From Victivallales bacterium (GTDB lineage: Bacteria > Verrucomicrobiota > Lentisphaeria > Victivallales > UBA1829): 54,719 nucleotides of DNA. Shown in pieces: positions 27,331 through 34,939 of this stretch (position 1 is its first letter; every line of letters begins with the position of its first letter). A program made the position numbers and the translations under genes. The notes below the pieces were generated by a model. That model ran no database searches. It saw nothing but the letters and a program-made list of their open reading frames with translations, and had not been told where the DNA came from. The stretch lies in contig JBGUKB010000047.1 in assembly GCA_045114235.1 (NCBI GenBank), positions 1-54,719 on the forward strand. The letters are read 5' to 3'.

Positions 27331-29646
27331 ATGAACCGGAGAATCATTGCGCTGATCGTGCTGGGGTTCGTGCTTATTGCCTGTCTGCTGGCATGCGGAT
27401 ATTTCGGGATGAAGACGGTCCGGCGCACCCGGCTGCGCCGCGCGGCGATGACCGCGTACGAAAAAAAGGAATATGTGTTGGCAGAACGTCTTTTGAACGC
27501 CTATACCCGGCAGGATCCGAACGCCGAAGCGGAATTCGTGGCGCTGGCAAACATTTATCATGAATTCGGCAACACGGGGATGGAGGCACAGATGTGGCAG
27601 ACGGCAAGTTCCCTGAACCCGCTGAACAAAGAATATTACGAAAACATGCTGAACAGCGCGGTGCGTGCCGCGAGCTATACGCTCCTGCACAGCATCCTGG
27701 GACGGAAGGTCAGAGGAAACGAAGAACTGACCGACCAGGAACTGTACCTTTTCGTGATCTCTTCCTATCGCGCCGGCTATCAGAAAGACGGGGACGACGC
27801 CTACCAGAAAGCCGTAAAGGCCGATCCGGAAGCGTTCCACAAGAACGAACTGGGACTGATGGCGGAATTCATGGCAAATTTTCCGAACCTGTCCGAGGGG
27901 GAACGCGACGCTTTCCTGGATCAGGCAATGAAATCGGAAGATCCCGTGATCCAATTCGAAGCGCTTTACATCGCCATCCGCCGCCTGGAACAAGACAACG
28001 GGGATGATGCCGAATATGAAGCAATGCTGAAACAACTCGTGGAAATCAACTATTTCGCCGGAACTCCGCTTCTGGCTGATTACTATTTTTCGATATACCG
28101 GTTCGAAGACATGTTGAACACGGCAGAACCATACCTGAAGACCATCGACGACCTCAATCTTTACTTGACATATGCGGAGTCCTGCGTCTTCGAAGGAAAA
28201 CTGGACGAACTCAAGGCCCTGGAAAAGAAACTGCGACGGAAAACCGGTCCCCTGCCGGTCCTGGCAGACTATACGGAGATCCTGATCGCATTTTTGGAGA
28301 ATAACGAGGAAAAACTCGCCGCCACCGTCCGGAAATCCGGCAAACTTATCGATTCCCCGCTCGCCCGCTTCATACGTCTGCGCGTAGCCCTGGCGAATAA
28401 ATCGTCTAACGAGATTCGGACTGTAGCACAGGAAATCTTCTCCGCGGCGCCGTTCCACGATATTCATACCCGCGCCCTGTTCGTCTGTATGAATTATATC
28501 TCGGAAGAAATGAAAAAGCCGGAAAACCAGAAGGATCCGTCGCAGATGGCCGACCTGGCGAAAATTTTGACCGGGTATCTGCAGGGCGACCCGATGCTCA
28601 CGGAAATTATCCTCGTGGACCAGTATAAAAAAGGTCTGGTGAAGGAAGATGATCTGATGGCCGCTCTGGACCAGTTCCCGAACGACATCCTGCTTCAGCG
28701 GATCACGGCGGAATACCTGATCCTCAACGGGAAAGCGGAACGGGCGCTTGACATCGTCGAACGAATTCTGGCGGCAATGGAAGAGGCAAAACAGGAACCC
28801 GACCGCGGAATCCTGATCCTGCAGATGCTGGCACTGGACCAGATCGGACGATACGATGAGGCAAAGGTCATTTTCCAGGAACTGCTGGAACAGTCCGAGT
28901 TCGATTTGGAACTGCTGGCTCAGTATTTCAAATTCTGCGAAAAGAACAAACGGACGGCGGATCTGACGGCCATGGCGGACATGCTGGACACCGCAAAGGA
29001 CGGCAAACTTGAGCATTACGGAAAGTTCTTCCGCGCCGCTGCCCTGCTCTCAGCAGAGGACGAATCCGGAAAAAAAGAGGCTTTGGAACTGCTGGTTTCG
29101 ACCCCGACCGGCGACCCGGAGTTCACGTTCTACGCAGCGAACTGCCTGTGCAAATATGATTGGTTCGACGAGGCGGAGGCAAAATATAAGGCAATCCTGA
29201 AGACCTACCGCTCACCTTCTCTGCTTTATATCAATCTTTCCATCATCTATCATGCCAAAGGCGATGAACAGAAGGCACTGGAAATGGCGAAGGAGGCGTT
29301 CGATCTCGAAAAGAATTCCATGCTCCCCGCGTTCATCTACGCACAGCGGCTGTCCGAGGCAAAGCGCTACGAGGAAGCAGTGGACGTCCTCAAGTTCCCG
29401 CGTCACGCCGTGAACTACCGCGAGGATATCGTCGCGCTTTGGATCGACTGCATGAAGCACGTCATCGAAAAGGACATAGCCGACGGGAAATACCTTCAGG
29501 CGGAAGAACAGTGCAAGCATCTGCTGGTCATCGCGCCCGACGACGAATTCGGCAAAGAGAACATGGAAAAGGTCCGGGAGATCCTCAAGCCGAAGAAGGA
29601 CGAGGCGAAGAACGCGGAGGCGGAAGCCGCCGATCCCGCCGCCTGA
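27331..29646 (+). CDS. Membrane-anchored TPR-repeat protein (copy 2)
   Basis: MNRRIIALIVLG... start; many segments identical to 23198-25492 (CGYFGMK, MEAQMWQTA, FPRHAVNYR, QAEEQCKHLL). Confidence 0.88.
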   Translation: MNRRIIALIVLGFVLIACLLACGYFGMKTVRRTRLRRAAMTAYEKKEYVLAERLLNAYTRQDPNAEAEFVALANIYHEFGNTGMEAQMWQTASSLNPLNKEYYENMLNSAVRAASYTLLHSILGRKVRGNEELTDQELYLFVISSYRAGYQKDGDDAYQKAVKADPEAFHKNELGLMAEFMANFPNLSEGERDAFLDQAMKSEDPVIQFEALYIAIRRLEQDNGDDAEYEAMLKQLVEINYFAGTPLLADYYFSIYRFEDMLNTAEPYLKTIDDLNLYLTYAESCVFEGKLDELKALEKKLRRKTGPLPVLADYTEILIAFLENNEEKLAATVRKSGKLIDSPLARFIRLRVALANKSSNEIRTVAQEIFSAAPFHDIHTRALFVCMNYISEEMKKPENQKDPSQMADLAKILTGYLQGDPMLTEIILVDQYKKGLVKEDDLMAALDQFPNDILLQRITAEYLILNGKAERALDIVERILAAMEEAKQEPDRGILILQMLALDQIGRYDEAKVIFQELLEQSEFDLELLAQYFKFCEKNKRTADLTAMADMLDTAKDGKLEHYGKFFRAAALLSAEDESGKKEALELLVSTPTGDPEFTFYAANCLCKYDWFDEAEAKYKAILKTYRSPSLLYINLSIIYHAKGDEQKALEMAKEAFDLEKNSMLPAFIYAQRLSEAKRYEEAVDVLKFPRHAVNYREDIVALWIDCMKHVIEKDIADGKYLQAEEQCKHLLVIAPDDEFGKENMEKVREILKPKKDEAKNAEAEAADPAA

Positions 29647-29714
29647 CGCTCGTTTCGACACGAAACAAACCTCGTCCCGGCCTCCTCAAAATAAAGGAAT
29701 CATGGTCGGGACGC

Positions 29715-29758
29715 TTGCTTTTTTTCCTTTTTCATGTATATTATTAGTTTTCAACTAA
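29715..29758 (+). promoter_or_regulatory. Promoter and candidate metalloregulator operator of the znu operon
   Basis: TTGCTT-16-TATATT followed immediately by the inverted repeat TTAGTT-ttc-AACTAA. Confidence 0.5.
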
Positions 29759-29796
29759 CTCAGGCTCCCCCCCCCCAAAAAAAAAGGAGTTAAACC

Positions 29797-30870
29797 ATGA
29801 AATATTTCACAATCGCATTTCTGCTGGCGCTCATCGCGCTGTGCGCCGTACTCTTTGTACTGCCCGGCAAGATCACGTCGGCAGTTCACAATGCGTCCTC
29901 GGAAGGCTACGGCGTCGCCGCGACCACGTATCCGATCTGGGTGCTGACCCGGGAAGTCGTAGACGGAACCGGGATCGAGGTCGAGCTGCTGACCCCGCCG
30001 GACGCCGGCTGCCCCCACGACTACGTCCTGACCGCAAACGACCTCATGAAGGTCTCCGCCGCCCGCAAGCCGCTCCTGCTGTTCAAGAACGGCGCGGGAC
30101 TCGACGAGCACATCTGCAAAGCTGCGTTGTCCGCAGGCAAGGGCATCGTGGTGATCGACACTGGCGCGGGGATTGACGTGATCGGCGGCGACGAAGACGA
30201 CGACCACGACCATGAGACCGGACACGAGCACGACGGAGAAGACGACGATCATGACGAGCACGAGGACCATGACGCCGACCACGAGCATGAACATGAACAC
30301 GAGGCAGACCACGACCACGAGGCGGAAGGCCATCATCACCATCATCATGGCGGCGAGAACGGACATTTCTTCGCCAGTCCGTACGAGGCGAGGAAGATCG
30401 TCGCGACCATCGCCGACGAACTCGAGAAAAGCGACATTCTCCACGCAAACAAGTTCCGCGAGAACGCCGCAAAACTCGACAAACGACTCCAGATCCTCGG
30501 CGACGAATTCAAAGCGCAGCTCGCGCCGTACGCGGACAAACACGTCGCCGCCCAGCACAACGTCTTCGACTACCTCCTGCGCGACTGCGGATTCGAGACG
30601 CCGCTCGCGATTTTCGCCGATCCCGAAACGCCCCCCTCGCCCGCCGAGATCACGGCCATGACGAAGGAATTCAAGGAACACGGCGTGAAAGTCATCTTCA
30701 CCGAGCCGCAGTACCCGGACGAACTCGCCAAGCTCATCGGCAAGGAGACCGGCGCGACCGTCGTGAAGATCGACCCGGTGGCGTCCGGCCCCGCCGAACC
30801 GCCCGCCGGATATTATTTCGACGTGATGCACAACAATCTCGAAATCATGAAGAAAGCACTTGCGGAATGA
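29797..30870 (+). CDS. znuA: Zn/Mn ABC transporter substrate-binding protein with long His/Asp/Glu loop
   Basis: ATTYPI, GCPHDY, NGAGLD, His-rich loop, NGHFF.SP, HNVFDY, IFTEPQ. Confidence 0.88.
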   Translation: MKYFTIAFLLALIALCAVLFVLPGKITSAVHNASSEGYGVAATTYPIWVLTREVVDGTGIEVELLTPPDAGCPHDYVLTANDLMKVSAARKPLLLFKNGAGLDEHICKAALSAGKGIVVIDTGAGIDVIGGDEDDDHDHETGHEHDGEDDDHDEHEDHDADHEHEHEHEADHDHEAEGHHHHHHGGENGHFFASPYEARKIVATIADELEKSDILHANKFRENAAKLDKRLQILGDEFKAQLAPYADKHVAAQHNVFDYLLRDCGFETPLAIFADPETPPSPAEITAMTKEFKEHGVKVIFTEPQYPDELAKLIGKETGATVVKIDPVASGPAEPPAGYYFDVMHNNLEIMKKALAE

Positions 30871-31784
30871 CCTCGCCAGTGGAAACAGCACCTGCATCTA
30901 CCGACGCGGTCCGGTTCGAGCATGTCGGCCTGACCCTCGGCGAAAACCGCATCCTGGACGATGTGTGCGCGCATGTCCCGCGCGGCAAGTTCACGGCCAT
31001 CGTCGGCCCGAACGGCGCGGGCAAGACCACGCTCACGCTCGCGATCCTCGGCCAGATCAAACATACCGGCAGGGTGCTGTTCCCCGGACTGGATGAAGCC
31101 GGACGGCGTCCGCGGTTCGGATTCGTGCCGCAGCGGCTCGTGTTCGACCGCGACATCCCGATGACGGTCATGGACTATCTGCTCTCCGGGCTCCAGCGCA
31201 TGCCGCTTTTCCTGGGGCACTCCAAACGTCACGTGGAACGCATCATGCGCTATCTGGACGAGGTCGAATGCACCGCTCTCGCCGACCATGCGTTCGGCGC
31301 GCTCTCCGGCGGCGAGATCCAGCGCGTCCTGCTCGCGCAGGCGCTGCTGCAGGAGCCCGACATCCTGATCCTGGACGAACCGACGTCCGGGGTCGATTTC
31401 AAGGGCGGACAGATCTGCTGCGAACTCCTGCGGCGCGTCCGCGAAAAACGCGGCTTCACGCAGATCATGATCAGCCACGACCTCGCGACCGTGACCGCGC
31501 ACGCCGACCATGTGATCTGCCTGAACCACAAAGTCTTCGGCGAGGGCGAACCGCGCGTGGCGCTGACCCATCAGGTGCTGTCCGAGACGTTCGGCCTGCA
31601 CCTCGGTCTCCCCGACCTGCACGGCATCCCGCAGGACGTGCGCGAATGCCCCGAGAACTGTCCGCTGCGCAACGAACACCTGCACCTGCACGATCACTGC
31701 CATATCGACGGCGCGGCGCACGGATGTTCCTGCGGCCACGATCATAATCACGACCACGGAACGGAGGCCGGCCATGCTGAATGA
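30867..31784 (+). CDS. znuC: Metal ABC transporter ATP-binding protein with His/Cys-rich tail
   Basis: GPNGAGKTT, VPQ, LSGGEIQR, ILDEPT, SHDL. Confidence 0.9.
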   Translation: MTSPVETAPASTDAVRFEHVGLTLGENRILDDVCAHVPRGKFTAIVGPNGAGKTTLTLAILGQIKHTGRVLFPGLDEAGRRPRFGFVPQRLVFDRDIPMTVMDYLLSGLQRMPLFLGHSKRHVERIMRYLDEVECTALADHAFGALSGGEIQRVLLAQALLQEPDILILDEPTSGVDFKGGQICCELLRRVREKRGFTQIMISHDLATVTAHADHVICLNHKVFGEGEPRVALTHQVLSETFGLHLGLPDLHGIPQDVRECPENCPLRNEHLHLHDHCHIDGAAHGCSCGHDHNHDHGTEAGHAE

Positions 31785-32637
31785 GATCGTTCTGAAGATC
31801 GCCGACCTCGCCGCCATGCTGTTCCCGCTGGATTGCATGGGACCGGAATTCATGCGCCGCGCGATGCTGGGGCTGCTCCTGATCGCCCCGCTCGCCGCGC
31901 TCTCCGGCGTGCAGGTCGTGAACTCGCGCATGTCGTTCTTCTCCGACGCCATCGGGCACTCGGCGTTCGCCGGCGTCGCGCTCGGTCTGATCTGTTCGCT
32001 TCCGGTCGAATTCACGATGCCGGGCCTGGCGCTCGTGATCGGGCTTTTCATCATGTATCTGCGGCGCGGGAGCCGCCTCTCCACGGACACGGTGATCGGC
32101 ATCATCTTCTCCGCCGTGGTGGCGTTCGGGCTCGCGATCGTGAGCCGGAACCGCGAGGCGTCGCGCGGCGTGAACATGTTCCTGTACGGCGACATCCTCA
32201 CGATCGACGACTATGAGATCGCGCTTCTGGCCGGGCTTCTTGTCGCGTTCCTGGCGTTCCAGTTCTTCGCCTGGAACCGGATGCTCCACATCTCCGTGAA
32301 CGAACAGATCGCCGGGGTGCACCGGATCAAGGTATCCGTGTACCAGTACCTTTTCGCCGCGCTGCTGTCGCTGGTGGTGATCCTGTGCGTGCGCGCCGTG
32401 GGCGTCCTGCTGGTGACGGCGATCCTGATCGTCCCGGCGGCGACCGCGCGGAATTTCGCGCGCAACTCGCGCCAGCTGTTCTTCCTGTCGCTTATCTTCA
32501 GCTATATCAGCTGCGCGGGCGGACTGCTGATCTCGGCACAGCCGTGGGCGAACGTGCCCGCGGGCGCCGCGATCGTGCTGCTGGCGTGCGCGATGTTCGC
32601 GATGTCGTTCATCGCCGCGCGGCTCCGGTCGAAATAA
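31774..32637 (+). CDS. znuB: Metal ABC transporter permease (ABC-3)
   Basis: FMRRA, SDAIGHSAFAG, LYGDIL, VGVLLV.A.LIVPAA. Confidence 0.9.
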   Translation: MLNEIVLKIADLAAMLFPLDCMGPEFMRRAMLGLLLIAPLAALSGVQVVNSRMSFFSDAIGHSAFAGVALGLICSLPVEFTMPGLALVIGLFIMYLRRGSRLSTDTVIGIIFSAVVAFGLAIVSRNREASRGVNMFLYGDILTIDDYEIALLAGLLVAFLAFQFFAWNRMLHISVNEQIAGVHRIKVSVYQYLFAALLSLVVILCVRAVGVLLVTAILIVPAATARNFARNSRQLFFLSLIFSYISCAGGLLISAQPWANVPAGAAIVLLACAMFAMSFIAARLRSK

Positions 32638-32768
32638 CGGCGAAAAAACCTGAACTTCCTCCTGAACCATCTTGAAAAAAGGGGGAACGCATGATAGATT
32701 ATTTGATCGATGCGTTCTTTTTGTTTTGAGGACGCGCCCGCCCCCACGAAAAGCATGATGGAGAAACG

Positions 32769-33602
32769 ATGCTGAACACCCTGCGCTATGTCCTGGATTT
32801 CCGGTTGCTGCCGACGATCGCGTTTGCCAACCGGTCCCTGCTGTGGCAGTTCGTGAAACGCAGCGTGTCGGCCCGGTACCGCGGTTCGATGCTGGGGCTG
32901 TTCTGGAGTTTCGCGCAGCCTCTGATGATGCTGTGCGTGTATACGTTCGTCTTCAGCGTGGTGTTCAAGGCGCGCTGGGGCGTGGAAACGGATGGCGGCG
33001 GGCGCGGCGCGTTCGCGATCATCATGTTCTGCGGCCTTGCCCTGTTCAACATCTTCTCCGAGGCGGTGAACCTGAACTGCGGGATCGTGGTCGCGAATAC
33101 AAATCTGGTCAAGAAAGTGATCTTTCCGCTGGAGATCCTGCCGCTGTCGCAGACGATCGCGTCGTTCGCGGTCGGCATGGTCTGGTTCTTCCTGCTGTTC
33201 CTCGGCGCGTTGTTCGTCTTCGGCAAGCTGAGCTTCACGATGCTGCTTCTGCCGCTGATCCTGCTTCCGCTGTTCCTGTTCACGCTGGGCGTCTCGTACT
33301 TCACGGCCTCGCTCGGGGTCTATGTGCGCGATACGCCTTACGTGGTGGGCGTGGCGCTCCAGGTTCTGTTTTTCATGACGCCGATCTTCTACCCGGTTTC
33401 GGCGATCCCGGAACGTTTCCGCTGGCCGATCATGCTGAATCCGCTGACGCTCCTGATCGAGGAGGCGCGGAAGGTGTTCCTGTACGGCGAACTGCCGGAC
33501 TGGCGGTTCCTCGGCGCGGCGTTCCTGATCTCGCTGCTGACGCTTCATCTCGGGTTCCTGTGGTTCCACAAGACGAAGAAAGGGTTCGCCGATGTCCTCT
33601 GA
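32769..33602 (+). CDS. wzm: Polysaccharide ABC exporter permease
   Basis: ARYRGS.LG..WS..QPL, LVKKVIFP, VRD, TPIFYP, LNPL, KKGFADVL. Confidence 0.92.
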   Translation: MLNTLRYVLDFRLLPTIAFANRSLLWQFVKRSVSARYRGSMLGLFWSFAQPLMMLCVYTFVFSVVFKARWGVETDGGGRGAFAIIMFCGLALFNIFSEAVNLNCGIVVANTNLVKKVIFPLEILPLSQTIASFAVGMVWFFLLFLGALFVFGKLSFTMLLLPLILLPLFLFTLGVSYFTASLGVYVRDTPYVVGVALQVLFFMTPIFYPVSAIPERFRWPIMLNPLTLLIEEARKVFLYGELPDWRFLGAAFLISLLTLHLGFLWFHKTKKGFADVL

Positions 33603-34923
33603 CGAAGCGGTTCTGCGCATTCAGCACATCTCGAAGCGGTTCGAGATCTACGACAAGCCCCTCCACCGCCTGCAGCAGATGCTGTTCGGGCGCTGGAAGA
33701 CGTACTACCGCGAATTCCGGGCACTGTCCGACATCGATTTCGAGGTAAGGAAGGGGGAATGCGTCGGCATCGTCGGCCCGAACGGGGCCGGGAAATCCAC
33801 GCTGCTTCAGATCATGACGGGGACGCTCCAGCCGACGGAGGGGACCGTGGAGCGGCACGGCCGGATCGCGGCGCTGCTGGAACTCGGAAGCGGGTTCAAT
33901 CCGGAGTTCACGGGACGGGAAAATGTGTATATGAACGCCGCGATTCTCGGGCTGACCAAAAAGGAAACGGACGGGAAGTACCGGGACATCGTGGATTTCG
34001 CGGACATCGGCGAGTTCATCGACCGGCCGGTCAAGACGTATTCCTCCGGCATGATCGTGCGGCTGGCGTTCGCCGTGAACGCGTTCGTGGATCCCGACGT
34101 CCTGATCGTGGACGAGGCGCTGGCGGTCGGGGACGTTTTTTTCCAGCAGAAGTGCATGCGTTTCATCCGCAAGTTCAAGGAAAACCATACCATCCTGTTC
34201 GTCAGCCACGACACCGCCGCGGTGGTGAACCTCTGCGACCGGGCCGTTCTGCTGGAAAACGGCCGGATGAAGATGATAGGTTCACCCAAGGAGGTTTCCG
34301 AGCAGTATCTGAAAGACCTGTACTCTGACAACCAGGAGGTCGAGGGCAGCCGGCACGAAGAGAATCCCTCGTCGGAACATCCGGAAGGCGAAGGCGAGTA
34401 TTACGACATGCGGAGGTCTTTGATCAACGGGTCCAAATACCGGAACGACATGGAGGTGTTCAAATTCTCGAACCAGTCCTGCTTCGGCGCGGGCGGCGCG
34501 GAGATCGAGAACGTCTTTTTCTCCGACCTGGAAGGAAAACCGCTGTCATGGATCGTCGGCGGAGAGATCGTCAGGCTCACGATCGCGGTGCGGCTTCAGA
34601 AGGACATGAGCAGTCCGATCATCGGCTTTACCGTAAAAGACCATCTGGGACAATGGATCCTGGGGGACAACACGTACATCACCTACCAGAACGCACCGGT
34701 CCGGGCGCATGCCGGACAGCGGCTTGTCGCGGAGTTCGAGTTCTACATGCCGGCGCTTTGTCCGGGGAATTACAGCATCGACTGCGCGGTGGCCGACGGG
34801 ACACAGGACAACCACGTTCAGCAGCAGTGGCTTCACGACGCCGTGGTCTTCGTTTCCCACTCTTCCTATGTTTTTTCACTTTTCGGCGCGGTCATGAGAA
34901 GAATTGACATGCGGATTCAATGA
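33592..34923 (+). CDS. wzt: Polysaccharide ABC exporter ATPase with Wzt_C carbohydrate-binding domain
   Basis: GPNGAGKST, LLELGSGFNPEFTGREN, YSSGM..RLAFA, DEALAVGD, plus a ~170-aa C-terminal domain. Confidence 0.93.
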   Translation: MSSDEAVLRIQHISKRFEIYDKPLHRLQQMLFGRWKTYYREFRALSDIDFEVRKGECVGIVGPNGAGKSTLLQIMTGTLQPTEGTVERHGRIAALLELGSGFNPEFTGRENVYMNAAILGLTKKETDGKYRDIVDFADIGEFIDRPVKTYSSGMIVRLAFAVNAFVDPDVLIVDEALAVGDVFFQQKCMRFIRKFKENHTILFVSHDTAAVVNLCDRAVLLENGRMKMIGSPKEVSEQYLKDLYSDNQEVEGSRHEENPSSEHPEGEGEYYDMRRSLINGSKYRNDMEVFKFSNQSCFGAGGAEIENVFFSDLEGKPLSWIVGGEIVRLTIAVRLQKDMSSPIIGFTVKDHLGQWILGDNTYITYQNAPVRAHAGQRLVAEFEFYMPALCPGNYSIDCAVADGTQDNHVQQQWLHDAVVFVSHSSYVFSLFGAVMRRIDMRIQ

Positions 34924-34939
34924 AACGAGGTTCAGCATT

